Assembly: GCA_017407515.1 (NCBI GenBank)
Contig: JAFQWH010000051.1
Location: forward strand, 1 to 63,486
Direction: 5' to 3'
Length of the DNA stretch: 63,486 bases
Source: Clostridia bacterium
GTDB taxonomy: Bacteria > Bacillota > Clostridia > UBA1381 > UBA9506
Position numbers and translations under genes: made by a program. This document shows, piece by piece, positions 20,088 through 29,978 of this stretch. How positions within the stretch are numbered: position 1 is the stretch's first letter; each line of letters begins with the position of its first letter. The notes under the pieces are model-generated. The model saw only the letters and a list, made by a program, of their open reading frames with translations, made no database searches and was not told the DNA's origin.

Positions 20088-21585
20088 TCTGTTTACTTGT
20101 AAACGTGCAAGTCGATAAAAGCAGATACAAAGAGACCGTAGCTAAAATTGCAACCGTCAAAGCACCGGCTCCGGAAGGAATGTTTCCGAAAACTGCCGCA
20201 AACAACAGACGCACGCCATAGCCTGAGCCTAAAATAAAGGCCCCTGGCAGCAAGATATGCCGAAAAACAGAAATCCTAAAATCCGTAACCCGAATCAGGC
20301 GGTTAATGCTTAAAAAGGCATTTAAAAGCTCTGTAACAAAGATAATGGCAACATAGCCGTTTACACCGAAGCGAGGCAGAATTGTATAAATTAAAGCAAC
20401 GCTTACTGCAGAATCAATAATGTTATATCGCATGGAATACACCTGCTGATTAAGGCCCTTTAACATAGCGTCTGTCACGCTGTCTGTATACATAACCGTA
20501 ACAAGCGGTGCTAGAAAGCGGATAAACAAGGCGGCGTCACCGCTTTGATAAATGGTCATACCCAACTCCTCTGCAAAAACAAAGAAAACACCGGCGGCAC
20601 CAATTCCGAAAATAAGCGTCAGGCAAAAGGCACGGCTTGCCACCCGGTTAATATCCCTTGTTCTCCCCTGCTTTTGAAATTCCGTCATTTCCGGCACCAA
20701 GAGTCCTGCAAAGGCGGATAAAACCGCGGAGGGAAACAAAAGAATTGGCATAACCATGCCGTGTACAACGCCGTACTGTGCTAAGGAAGCAGAGGCAGAA
20801 GCCCCGAATTTTTTCAGGCCTCTGGGAATCAGCAAATGCTCTAGGGTTACAGGGCCGGAACGAAGATAGGCACTAACGGCAACCGGCACAGAGATCCTAA
20901 GCATACGAAAAAGATAGTGCTTTTCCTTTTCTCTTTGGTTTTTATACCGCTTCTCGTCATACCGGAACAAAAGGTACATCACTGTAAAGGAAGCAATTTC
21001 TGCAACACTGCCGCCGCCCACCACCGCCATGCAGGCGTATTCAATGCCGCGGCTGATGTAAAGCTTCAGGGCAAACACCGTTACGCAGATTTTAACCCCC
21101 AGCTCAAAAATCTGTGACATGGCACTTTTAGTAATCCGCCGAACAGCCGTAAAGTAACCGCCCATAGCAGAGGAAAGAGCGATGCAGGGCATACTGACGG
21201 CTAAGAGCCGCAAGGACCTGACTGTTCGTTCGTCTCCCAGCCAAAGAGTGCCCAATGGCTCGGCAAAAAAGAACAAAAGGCAGGCAGACAGCATACCGAA
21301 AAATAGGGTGTAGCCCAGGCAAACTCGCATACTCTTTTTTATACCCCGGTCACAGCCAAGAGACAATTCCTCCGTCACCAATCGGGTTGCCGCAAGAGAC
21401 ACTCCCGAGGACGCCACCGTAGTTGCCAGCATATAGACCGACATAATCAGTCCAAAAAGCCCTATGCCTTCTGCTCCGATTTTGTTGGTGATATACACAT
21501 TAAAGGAAACACCCACACCGCGGAGAAACACAGTGGTACACCCCAAAATTACGCCGTTTAAAAAGAATCGCTTTGTCCGTTTCAT
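20044..21585 (-). CDS. spoVB: MOP-superfamily flippase, stage V sporulation protein B-like
   Basis: Polytopic MurJ/SpoVB-type protein (FLNGVILGCTTVFLRGVGVSFNVYITNKIGAEGIGLF). AGGGAGG RBS precedes ATG 21585. Its 3' end overlaps spoIVFB convergently by 44 nt. Confidence 0.8.
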   Translation of the reverse strand: MKRTKRFFLNGVILGCTTVFLRGVGVSFNVYITNKIGAEGIGLFGLIMSVYMLATTVASSGVSLAATRLVTEELSLGCDRGIKKSMRVCLGYTLFFGMLSACLLFFFAEPLGTLWLGDERTVRSLRLLAVSMPCIALSSAMGGYFTAVRRITKSAMSQIFELGVKICVTVFALKLYISRGIEYACMAVVGGGSVAEIASFTVMYLLFRYDEKRYKNQREKEKHYLFRMLRISVPVAVSAYLRSGPVTLEHLLIPRGLKKFGASASASLAQYGVVHGMVMPILLFPSAVLSAFAGLLVPEMTEFQKQGRTRDINRVASRAFCLTLIFGIGAAGVFFVFAEELGMTIYQSGDAALFIRFLAPLVTVMYTDSVTDAMLKGLNQQVYSMRYNIIDSAVSVALIYTILPRFGVNGYVAIIFVTELLNAFLSINRLIRVTDFRISVFRHILLPGAFILGSGYGVRLLFAAVFGNIPSGAGALTVAILATVSLYLLLSTCTFTSKQTKYPGGKYASLSLK

Positions 21586-21762
21586 CTGCCTAACCTCCCT
21601 ACTCTTTTTAATATATGTTCCGGTGCTTCCTGAAATGACCAACCCTTTCGGAAATCTCCTGAACATTGACAAAGACAGGGTTCTATGATACAATTTTCAT
21701 AGAAATTGAGACAGAAGTCGTCAACATAGGACGGCATTTTCAGTCTTTGGGGAGGCTTATAT

Positions 21763-22959
21763 ATGCATACAGTTTCATTATCTGATACACCCAGTGCTCT
21801 CAGACTAACCATCGGCTTTTTTGGCAGAACCAACAGCGGAAAATCCTCGTTGATTAATGCCATTAGCGGCCAGGAGGTCTCCCTGGTTTCTCCCGTATCC
21901 GGAACTACCACAGACCCGGTTTCAAAACCGATTGAGATTTATCCCCTGGGTCCTTGTATCCTGCTGGATACCGCCGGTGTTGGGGATAAAACCGAGCTGG
22001 GAGGCTTACGTATGAGCCGGACGCTTGCCGTTATGGATAAAACCGACGTTGCGGTTCTTGTGCTGACAAAAGCCGAGGATTATGCAGAGGAAAAAAATCT
22101 CCTCGAAGAGCTCAACAAACGCAAAATTCCCGTTGTAACGGTGTTAAATCAAGTTGATTTATTAGAAGATACCGAATCCGCACTGGAAGCTGTACAAGCT
22201 ATTTTAGGGGTTCGCCCGCTGGCTGTGAGTGCCACAGAAAAAACAGGGCTGGCTACCTTCCGTGAGCAGCTTGTCAAATCGGCTCCGGCAAGTCTTGAAA
22301 ACGAAACCGTCGTAGGACATCTGGTAAAGGAAAACATGCGTGTTCTCCTTGTTATGCCGCAAGATATTCAGGCACCAAAAGGGCGTCTGATTATGCCACA
22401 GGTCCAGGTGATTCGTGACCTCTTAGACCATGGTGCCATTCCCACCTGTGTAACAGCGGACAAGCTTTCCGAAGCTCTGCAAGACGGCACACCGGATTTG
22501 ATTATTACCGATTCTCAGGTTTTCCCCCAGGTTTACGAGCAAAAACCTGCTAAATCTTTGCTTACCTCTTTTTCCGTGTTGCTGGCTCGGTACAAAGGGG
22601 ATATTGACGCTTACCTCGCCGGGGTGAAAACCGTTTGGAACTTAAAGCCCAGCGACCGGGTTTTAATTGCTGAGGCTTGTAGCCATCAGCCCCAGGATGG
22701 GGACATTGGCAGAGTCAAAATTCCGAATTTAATTCATAAAAAAATCCACCCGGATATCAAGGTAGAGGTTGTTGGCGGTCAGGATTTCCCTACCGATTTA
22801 ACGCCCTATGCTTTGGTGATTCATTGCGGTGGCTGTATGTTTAACCGCCGACAGGTGCTAAGCCGGGTGATGCGTGCCGTGGAACAAAAGGTTCCCATCA
22901 CAAATTACGGTATTTTTCTTGCCGAGATGGCAGGTATTTTAGATAAAGTAACAATTTAA
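21763..22959 (+). CDS. hydF: [FeFe]-hydrogenase maturation GTPase HydF
   Basis: G1 motif GRTNSGKSS and DTAG. The C-terminal cluster-binding motifs are CSH...HCGGC. Confidence 0.85.
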   Translation: MHTVSLSDTPSALRLTIGFFGRTNSGKSSLINAISGQEVSLVSPVSGTTTDPVSKPIEIYPLGPCILLDTAGVGDKTELGGLRMSRTLAVMDKTDVAVLVLTKAEDYAEEKNLLEELNKRKIPVVTVLNQVDLLEDTESALEAVQAILGVRPLAVSATEKTGLATFREQLVKSAPASLENETVVGHLVKENMRVLLVMPQDIQAPKGRLIMPQVQVIRDLLDHGAIPTCVTADKLSEALQDGTPDLIITDSQVFPQVYEQKPAKSLLTSFSVLLARYKGDIDAYLAGVKTVWNLKPSDRVLIAEACSHQPQDGDIGRVKIPNLIHKKIHPDIKVEVVGGQDFPTDLTPYALVIHCGGCMFNRRQVLSRVMRAVEQKVPITNYGIFLAEMAGILDKVTI

Positions 22960-22973
22960 GCGGAGACTTTATT

Positions 22974-24326
22974 ATGATAACAGAGATGTTAAAACTGCAC
23001 AGGGAAAAAGAAAAAGCTTCCTTCCATATGCCGGGCCATAAAAATGGTGCCGGTTTTTTGGGGACGCCTTTTTCGGACAACCCCTTTCAGTTTGACACAA
23101 CGGAGCTTCCCGGTACTGACGCTTTAATTGAGCCAAGTGGTGCCATTTTAGAGGCTGAAAAGAAAGCCGCCCTACTGTACGGTGCCAAGCACAGCTTTTT
23201 CCTGGTCAACGGTTCCACCGGCGGGATTTTATCCATGGTTTACAGTGCTTTTAAGCCCGGTGATACGGTTATCGTTGACCGAAACTGTCATCAGTCCGTT
23301 TTAAACGGCATGACCTTAGCCGGCGTAAAACCGATTTATGTTACACCGGAGGAATCTGATATTTCCGGCGTTCCGGGAACGATTTCCGCCAACAGTATAC
23401 AAAAGGTTTTAGAAACGAATGCGGCCGTTAATGGGGCTATTATTACCAGCCCGAACTACTACGGAGCCGTGGCAGACATACAGAAAATTGCAGACCTGCT
23501 TCACCAAAAGGGAGCTGTGCTTTTGGTTGACGAGGCACACGGGGCACATTTTCCCTTCAGTTCTCTGCTCCCACCATCAGCTGTCAGCCTGGGTGCTGAT
23601 ATGAGCGTTGTTAGTCTGCATAAAACCTTGCCGGCACCAAACCAGACGGCACTCCTGCATATTGGAAAAAACATGTCTGTTGACGCAGCAAGAGCTGCGG
23701 TACGAATGTTTCAAACCAGCAGCCCCTCCTATGTCCTCTTGGCAGCAATGGAGTATGCCCTCCACTATGCTCAAGAAAAAGGAGAAACAGAAACAAAACG
23801 ACTTCTTGACCTTTTATCTCCCCTACAACGCCCTACTCTTGATGATCCCTTAAAGCTGATGCCCTCCTGGGCTCATAAAGGCATTAGCGGCTATATGGCA
23901 GAGAAAATTCTGAGGGAACAGTTCGGTATTTACGTTGAGATGTGCGACAGTTTGCAGGTTCTATGTATGACTTCCTGGTGTAATTCTGCTCAGGAGATAC
24001 GTCTATTAAAAGAGGCTTTTGCTTATTTAGATAGCCTGCCTGACCAAGGAAAACCTATTGAAGTTCCCTCTCAAAATCTGCCGGCAATCGTTGTGCCTGC
24101 CTTAGCACCCTTTGAGGTGAAACAACGCCCCTGCAAAACCCTATCTATTGAGGATGCAGAAGGTACAATTTGTGCTCAGGCGGTATCCGCTTTCCCACCC
24201 TGTATTCCTATCCTTTTACCTGGTGAAATTATAACCGGAGAGAAAATTCTCCAACTTCAAAGATTACAGCAATCGGGGGCAACAATAACAGGAATGAATC
24301 TTGACCGTGTAATGGTTATCGCATAA
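22974..24326 (+). CDS. Orn/Lys/Arg decarboxylase-family PLP enzyme
   Basis: FHMPGHKNG N-terminal motif and SLHKTLP (PLP lysine). About 450 aa. Confidence 0.85.
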   Translation: MITEMLKLHREKEKASFHMPGHKNGAGFLGTPFSDNPFQFDTTELPGTDALIEPSGAILEAEKKAALLYGAKHSFFLVNGSTGGILSMVYSAFKPGDTVIVDRNCHQSVLNGMTLAGVKPIYVTPEESDISGVPGTISANSIQKVLETNAAVNGAIITSPNYYGAVADIQKIADLLHQKGAVLLVDEAHGAHFPFSSLLPPSAVSLGADMSVVSLHKTLPAPNQTALLHIGKNMSVDAARAAVRMFQTSSPSYVLLAAMEYALHYAQEKGETETKRLLDLLSPLQRPTLDDPLKLMPSWAHKGISGYMAEKILREQFGIYVEMCDSLQVLCMTSWCNSAQEIRLLKEAFAYLDSLPDQGKPIEVPSQNLPAIVVPALAPFEVKQRPCKTLSIEDAEGTICAQAVSAFPPCIPILLPGEIITGEKILQLQRLQQSGATITGMNLDRVMVIA

Positions 24327-24339
24327 AAAAGCCTATCAA

Positions 24340-24376
24340 AAAAAACCAAGTCCGCGTTGGCAGACTTGGTTTTTAT
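24340..24376 (+). terminator. rho-independent terminator
   Basis: CCAAGTC...GACTTGG stem followed by TTTTTATTT. Confidence 0.8.
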
Positions 24377-24383
24377 TTATACG

Positions 24384-24421
24384 AAAAAAACGCATTTGGC
24401 TTTCGCCAAATGCGCTTTTTC
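24384..24421 (-). terminator. rho-independent terminator of the secreted-protein/small-ORF operon
   Basis: On the minus strand, a GCGCATTTGGC-GAAA-GCCAAATGCG stem is followed by T7. Confidence 0.8.
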
Positions 24422-24449
24422 TGATAAAAATTATAAAGCTCGAAAAAGC

Positions 24450-24611
24450 TTAGATGTCAGCAACGGGAGAACCGTTGTCAACCAGTGCAAGCAAACCGGA
24501 GTGCAGGGTAACAGCACCAGTTTCCTTGTTGTAAGTCCAATCAACAGCAGCTAAGTTTTCGCTTACTCTGATTTCACGAACTTCTAATTCAGGTTTAATA
24601 TATTCTTTCAC
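24450..24611 (-). CDS. unlisted small ORF, 53 aa, unknown function
   Basis: GTG start at 24611, 8 nt after AGGAGG. The RBS directly abuts the TAA stop of the upstream gene. Translation: MKEYIKPELEVREIRVSENLAAVDWTYNKETGAVTLHSGLLALVDNGSPVADI. A terminator follows. It falls below the ORF-track size cut-off. Confidence 0.55.
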   Translation of the reverse strand: MKEYIKPELEVREIRVSENLAAVDWTYNKETGAVTLHSGLLALVDNGSPVADI

Positions 24612-24624
24612 GCTCGTATCCTCC

Positions 24625-25620
24625 TTAATTCAAATCGAATACTGCGCCCAGCTCTAAAGCAGAACCTAAAGCATATACGCAAGCATCGTATTTAATATCA
24701 TCAACGAAGAATACGCTGTTTGTATCCTGAAGTTCAATTGCAAACTGACCAGCAGCATTAGCACCTAATGCATGATACTTTCTGATAACAGCACTAGAAG
24801 TAGAGTACTCGTCAATGTTGTCTGCAGTTACAACGCTGAAGTCAAAGTCGCCGATCTCAGGAGCAACAGCAACTAAGATACCAAATTCGGTAGCATTTGT
24901 TGCGGTAGCAACTACGCTAGCAGTTTTGGTTGATTCAGTCGGAGCAGTAACAGCACCAGCAGCAACTTGCGGAGCAGGAGCAGCAGATACATCCTTTGTA
25001 GCAAAGGTGAATGCATATGTTGCATTTGCATTAACAGTTCTGGTTACTTTACTACCAACAACAACTTCGTTGATAGCTAAATCAGCAGCGTCGCCACCGC
25101 CGATTGTTTCGGTAATACCAGTCAGCTCTTCATTAGCTGCAGCCATGATGTAGAAAGTAACTTTATCGCTGGTGGAAGTTGTACCGTCATTATCGCTTGT
25201 TTCTTCAGTAACAGCGTAAACCTTAGATGTACCGGTTACAGACCAGGTTACTGTGTAGTTCGGCAGAGCAATAGTCTTAGCTTCGCCAAAAGTGCTAGCT
25301 GCTAAAGAGGAAGTACCAACTTTAACGGTAGCACCAACAGCATCGTCTGCTGCATCGGTAAATGCAGAGTTTGCATTACCGGAAGCATCAGCAGGCTTCT
25401 GATCAATCCATACGATGTTTTCTGCTTTTTCAACTAAAAAAGCAACCTGTTCGTAAGGAGTAGCACCGGTGACAGATGTGGTTACGGTTACTTCATCGTT
25501 TGCACTGTCGTAACGAGTTACGACATTGTAGTCAGCAGCGAAAGCAACTACGCCCATGCAAAGGAGCATAGAAACTGCTACGAGGGCTGACAGGATTCTC
25601 AATAACCCTTTTTTCATCAA
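24625..25620 (-). CDS. secreted Thr/Ala/Val-rich protein of unknown function
   Basis: Clear signal peptide (LLRILSALVAVSMLLCMGVVAFA-AD). The mature part is beta-rich, low in charge and nearly Cys-free. I recognise no family. Confidence 0.75.
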   Translation of the reverse strand: MMKKGLLRILSALVAVSMLLCMGVVAFAADYNVVTRYDSANDEVTVTTSVTGATPYEQVAFLVEKAENIVWIDQKPADASGNANSAFTDAADDAVGATVKVGTSSLAASTFGEAKTIALPNYTVTWSVTGTSKVYAVTEETSDNDGTTSTSDKVTFYIMAAANEELTGITETIGGGDAADLAINEVVVGSKVTRTVNANATYAFTFATKDVSAAPAPQVAAGAVTAPTESTKTASVVATATNATEFGILVAVAPEIGDFDFSVVTADNIDEYSTSSAVIRKYHALGANAAGQFAIELQDTNSVFFVDDIKYDACVYALGSALELGAVFDLN

Positions 25621-25670
25621 TCACACCTACTTTTCATAATACTTATAATTTTTATCATGATCCTATCTAA

Positions 25671-25699
25671 ATTTTACTACAAATAAAATCTATTGTCAA
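25671..25699 (-). promoter_or_regulatory. near-consensus sigma-A promoter, TTGACA-17-TAAAAT
   Basis: On the minus strand, TTGACA is at 25699-25694 and TAAAAT at 25676-25671. It lies about 50 nt upstream of the secreted-protein start. Confidence 0.65.
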
Positions 25700-25891
25700 C
25701 AACAAAAAATGAAAAAGAAAAAATTTTTTTCTGATTTGGCACTTTAAACAAATGTACAGAAAATGATTTGTTGAAATAGTCAATCCTTTATGTAAATTGT
25801 ATAAATAAGACACAAGATATGCTATGAAAAAACTGTCGGTTTCTGTCTGAAAATTTGTACCGGCTTTTCTTCTGTTTTTTAACAAAAGGTC

Positions 25892-25920
25892 TTGCTTTTT
25901 CTACTCTGTTTTGTTATAAT
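25892..25920 (+). promoter_or_regulatory. promoter of tRNA-Val, TTGCTT-17-TATAAT
   Basis: Hexamers lie at 25892-25897 and 25915-25920, about 18 nt before the tRNA 5' end. Confidence 0.65.
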
Positions 25921-25938
25921 TTGAAAGTAGTTTTATAT

Positions 25939-26015
25939 GAGGGTATAGCTCAGTTGGTTAGAGTGCTTGCTTGACATGCAAGAGGTCGATGGTTCAAGTC
26001 CATTTATCCTCACCA
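25939..26015 (+). tRNA. tRNA-Val (anticodon GAC), CCA encoded
   Basis: Cloverleaf folded by hand. Acceptor GAGGGTA/TATCCTC, anticodon stem CTTGC/GCAAG with loop TTGACAT, T-loop TTCAAGT, and 3' ACCA. Confidence 0.9.
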
Positions 26016-26017
26016 AA

Positions 26018-26060
26018 AAGAAACAACAATCTTCGATAGAAGATTGTTGTTTCTTTTTGT
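26018..26060 (+). terminator. rho-independent terminator after tRNA-Val
   Basis: 15-bp stem GAAACAACAATCTTC/GAAGATTGTTGTTTC followed by T5. Confidence 0.9.
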
Positions 26061-26103
26061 ACTATTTTTTCTTCACGCTTCACGCTTTTCTAAAATTGCT
26101 TTT

Positions 26104-27078
26104 TTATTTTTTGTAGTCTAAAGCCAGCCAATCGCCACTCTGGCTTTTGTTTAAAAGCTTCATGCCTTTTGCATCATACGCCGCCAACACCTCGTCACCG
26201 CGATCGGTAATAATACCGGAGGTAATATAAACGCCGTCCTCTTTTAAGAACGTAGGAATTTTCGGCGTCAGAGCAATAATTACATCGGCAACAATGTTTG
26301 CCAGTACTAAATCATACTGCCTGTCGGCAAGCTTTTCCACCAGTGCCTCATCTTCCAAAACATTGCCCGCAAAGATTCTGTACCGGTCTTCGCTGATACC
26401 GTTACGTTCTGCATTTTCTCTTGCGATTTTTGCAGCATTAGGGTCAATATCCACCGCTGTTGCAGATGCAGCACCTAAAAGCAGTGCCACCAGGGATAAA
26501 ATACCGCTACCACAGCCTAAGTCTAGAACATTCATGCCGGTCTTTATGTATTTTTCCAGTCGCTCCAGGCAAAGTCTTGTTGTATGGTGAGAACCTGTCC
26601 CGAAGCTCATGCCGGGGTTAATAACAAAAACAGTTCTGTCAGTTTCAGATTCAAGTGTTTCCCACTCCGGCAAAATCAAAATCTTTTCTCCTACCGTCAG
26701 GGGTTTAAAATACTGCTTCCAGTTGTTGGCCCAGTCCTCCTCATCCACATTGGAAAAGGCAAGGCACAACCGCCCGAAAACACCTTCTGTATCCATAACC
26801 GCAAGTTCTTGTAAGCTCCGTTCTACCTCGCTGATGGTTTCTCTGCCAGCACTGTCTGCCGTTACATAGAACTTAACGTTCGTTTCGCAGGCTTTTGCCG
26901 CCAGCAGTTCTTCATCAACATAATCCCATGCTGAACGGTTTTCCTCTAAGAAACTCTTAAAGTCAGCTTCGTCTTCAATTTCAATGCCGTTAATACCCAA
27001 CTGATAAAGTCTGCCGCTGACCGGTTCAATGCCCTCAGCGGTGGTATAAATCACAGCTTGAATCCAACTTGTTCCCAT
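26104..27078 (-). CDS. prmA: ribosomal protein L11 methyltransferase
   Basis: PrmA N-terminal domain and SAM motif VLDLGCGSGILS. Confidence 0.9.
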   Translation of the reverse strand: MGTSWIQAVIYTTAEGIEPVSGRLYQLGINGIEIEDEADFKSFLEENRSAWDYVDEELLAAKACETNVKFYVTADSAGRETISEVERSLQELAVMDTEGVFGRLCLAFSNVDEEDWANNWKQYFKPLTVGEKILILPEWETLESETDRTVFVINPGMSFGTGSHHTTRLCLERLEKYIKTGMNVLDLGCGSGILSLVALLLGAASATAVDIDPNAAKIARENAERNGISEDRYRIFAGNVLEDEALVEKLADRQYDLVLANIVADVIIALTPKIPTFLKEDGVYITSGIITDRGDEVLAAYDAKGMKLLNKSQSGDWLALDYKK

Positions 27079-27091
27079 GTTGTGCCTCCGT

Positions 27092-28594
27092 TTATGAAAG
27101 GTTCAGCATGTGGCTGACCACTTCATACATTTCTGATTTTTCGCAGGTTGTGTTAAATATAATCGGCTTTGTGTTAAGGCCTGCTAAAGGTGCGGGAATG
27201 GCTAAATCTCCTTTTTCTGCCAAGGTTTCAAGCAGCGCAAAGTCGTCAAGCCTCGCAAGAGCTTCTTCCCCTGCCACAGCCGCCAGTACTCTATCGCTGA
27301 ATTTAAAGGGGCTCGCGGTTGAAACGATAACTGTTTTAGTCTCGTCCCCGGTTTCCTTTTTGTACTGGTCATAAACACATTTTGCCACTGCCGTATGGGT
27401 ATCCATTACATAACCATAGGCCTGATGTACCTCAGAAATGGTCTTCTGCGTCTGTGCATCATCACAAAAACCGCCGTAGAACACTTCACCGATTTTTGCC
27501 TTAACTGCCTCGGTAACCTCATAACGGCCGCTTTCAGAAAGCTGCTGCATCCAGGACGCAACCTGGCCGTCATCTTTGCCGGTAACCTGGTAGAGAAGTC
27601 TTTCTAAGTTACTGGAAATTAAAATATCCATAGACGGAGAGCCGGTGGTTTTAAAGGGACGATTTTTATCATAAACACCGGTTCTGATAAAGTCAGTCAA
27701 AACGTTATTTTCATTGGAAGCACAAATCAGTCTGCCAACGGGCAAGCCCATTTCCTTAGCATAATAGGCTGCTAAAATATTACCAAAGTTACCGGTGGGA
27801 ACTACGAAGTTTACCGGATCGCCCAGTTTAATTTCATCATTTTTCAAAAGATTGCAGTAAGCAGAGAAATAATAAACAATCTGCGGTACTAACCTGCCCC
27901 AGTTAATGGAGTTGGCACTGGAGAGCATAAAATTGTTTCTCTCTAAAATCTGTGCATATTCTTTATCACCGAAAATCTTTTTCACGCCGCTTTGTGCATC
28001 GTCAAAATTACCCATAACCGCTGCTACATCAACGTTGTTTCCCTCCTGGGTAACCATTTGGCGTTTCTGCATATTAGACACGCCTTTTTCGGGATAGAAA
28101 ACAATAATACGGGTGCCGTCAACGTCTTTAAAGCCCTCAAGAGCTGCCTTACCCGTATCGCCGGAGGTGGCAACCAAGATAACAACCTCTTTGGTTTCGC
28201 CGGTTTTAACTACGGACTTCTTTAAAAGATGGGGCAAGATCTGCAATGCCATGTCTTTAAAAGCACAGGTGGGGCCATGCCACAGTTCTAAGAAATAAAC
28301 CCCGCTTGTCAGCTTGTATAAGGGTGCAATTTCGTCTGTTTCAAATTTTTCCTTGTTGTAGGCACTGTGAGCACAATCTGACAATTCAGCTCCAGTGAAA
28401 TCTGTTAAAAACTTTTCCAGAATTTTCACCGTACGGTCTGTATATGACAGTTGCGACAGTTCTGACAGTTCCTCGCCGAAAATTCGGGGAAGTGACTTGG
28501 GAACAAACAGCCCACCGTCCGGTGCCAGGCCTGTTTTAATGGCCATTGCTGAAGAAACGGACAGACTGTTGTCCCTGGTGCTTGTATATTCCAT
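27092..28594 (-). CDS. thrC: threonine synthase (long form)
   Basis: N-terminus YTSTRD...GLAPDGGLFVP, PLP-lysine context FKD and SGDTG. 500 aa. Confidence 0.92.
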   Translation of the reverse strand: MEYTSTRDNSLSVSSAMAIKTGLAPDGGLFVPKSLPRIFGEELSELSQLSYTDRTVKILEKFLTDFTGAELSDCAHSAYNKEKFETDEIAPLYKLTSGVYFLELWHGPTCAFKDMALQILPHLLKKSVVKTGETKEVVILVATSGDTGKAALEGFKDVDGTRIIVFYPEKGVSNMQKRQMVTQEGNNVDVAAVMGNFDDAQSGVKKIFGDKEYAQILERNNFMLSSANSINWGRLVPQIVYYFSAYCNLLKNDEIKLGDPVNFVVPTGNFGNILAAYYAKEMGLPVGRLICASNENNVLTDFIRTGVYDKNRPFKTTGSPSMDILISSNLERLLYQVTGKDDGQVASWMQQLSESGRYEVTEAVKAKIGEVFYGGFCDDAQTQKTISEVHQAYGYVMDTHTAVAKCVYDQYKKETGDETKTVIVSTASPFKFSDRVLAAVAGEEALARLDDFALLETLAEKGDLAIPAPLAGLNTKPIIFNTTCEKSEMYEVVSHMLNLS

Positions 28595-28609
28595 TGTTGT
28601 TTTTCCTCC

Positions 28610-29959
28610 TTACTTGAGCCGTGCCTCCAAGGCTTCTTTTTCTGCCTCATAGCCCGGCTTGCCCAACAGGGCAAACATATTCTTCTTATACGCCTCAACA
28701 CCGGGTTGGTCAAAGGGGTTAACCCCTAAAAGATAACCGCTGATGCCGCAGGCTTTTTCAAAGAAATAAACCAATTTTCCAAAATAATACTCATTCAGTT
28801 TGGGAATGTTGATAATCAGATTGGGTACGCCGCCGTCATAATGGGCCATAACGGTACCCAAAAAGGCCTTTTCATTCACATAGCTAACGGATTTGTCCGC
28901 TAAAAAGTTCAAGCCGTCAACATTATCTGCATCTTTTTTGATAACAGTATCTCCCTGCGGGGTTTCCACATGAAGAACAGTTTCAAACAAGACTCTCCGG
29001 CCGTCCTGAATATACTGACCCATAGAGTGCAAATCCGTGGAAAAATCTACTGCCGCCGGGAAAATCCCCTTATGGTCCTTGCCCTCACTCTCGCCAAAGA
29101 GCTGCTTCCACCATTCGGCAAAATAGTGAAGCTTCGGCTCATAATTTGCCATAACCTCAATGGTTTTGCCTTTTCTGTATAACAGATTCCGCAAAACGGC
29201 GTATTGATAGCAACAGTTATTAGCCACATTACAATCGCTGTATTCTGTGTACGCATCCTTTGCACCATGCATAATCTCATCAACATCAGCACCGCAAACC
29301 GCAATAGGTAAAAGCCCCACAGCAGAAAGCACCGAGTAACGACCACCGATGTCATCAGCAATCACAAAGGTTTCATAGCCCTCACGGTCTGACAGTTCTT
29401 TTAAAGCTCCTTTAGCTTTATCGGTGGTAACAAAGATTCTGTCCTTGGCTCCCATTTTACCGTATTTTGCCTCAACCAGTTCCTTAAAAACGCGAAAAGC
29501 AATGGCAGGCTCTGTCGTCGTGCCGGATTTTGAGATGACGTTTAAACAAATCTCTTTGTCTTTTACCAGTTCCACCAAATCTCTAAGATAGGTGGAGTTA
29601 CAGGAATTGCCTGCAAAGAAAATTTGCGGTCCCTGTCTGTCGGCACCATTTTGCACATTGTAAAAGCTGTTTGTAAAAATGTCAATCGCCGCTTTAGCAC
29701 CCAGGTATGAACCACCGATGCCAATAACAATCAAAACGTCTGCAATTTTTCTGATTTTTTCAGCCGCACCCTTAATACGGGCAAATTCCTCTTTGTCATA
29801 GTCTTCCGGCAAGGTTGCCCAGCCTAAAAACTCACTGCCGGCACCCTTTTTTTCGGTTAACGTTTCGTGTGCCTTTTGCAGTTCTTCTTGCATATTTAAA
29901 ATTTCTTCTTGAGTAAGTTCAGATAACGCTTTACTGTAATCCAGGGTTATGTTTTTCAA
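28610..29959 (-). CDS. pgi: glucose-6-phosphate isomerase
   Basis: 449-aa Firmicute-type PGI ([22 protein letters not shown]). Confidence 0.95.
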   Translation of the reverse strand: MKNITLDYSKALSELTQEEILNMQEELQKAHETLTEKKGAGSEFLGWATLPEDYDKEEFARIKGAAEKIRKIADVLIVIGIGGSYLGAKAAIDIFTNSFYNVQNGADRQGPQIFFAGNSCNSTYLRDLVELVKDKEICLNVISKSGTTTEPAIAFRVFKELVEAKYGKMGAKDRIFVTTDKAKGALKELSDREGYETFVIADDIGGRYSVLSAVGLLPIAVCGADVDEIMHGAKDAYTEYSDCNVANNCCYQYAVLRNLLYRKGKTIEVMANYEPKLHYFAEWWKQLFGESEGKDHKGIFPAAVDFSTDLHSMGQYIQDGRRVLFETVLHVETPQGDTVIKKDADNVDGLNFLADKSVSYVNEKAFLGTVMAHYDGGVPNLIINIPKLNEYYFGKLVYFFEKACGISGYLLGVNPFDQPGVEAYKKNMFALLGKPGYEAEKEALEARLK

Positions 29960-29978
29960 TTCTGAATCCTCCTAAAAC

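Noticed and set aside
21763-22959. hydF without hydE or hydG nearby
   Set aside because: Scattered hyd maturase genes are common in Clostridia, so this is not informative on its own.
24357-24554. 65-aa plus-strand ORF
   Set aside because: It starts inside one terminator hairpin and runs through a second one. It lies antisense to the better-supported 53-aa ORF, which has a strong RBS.
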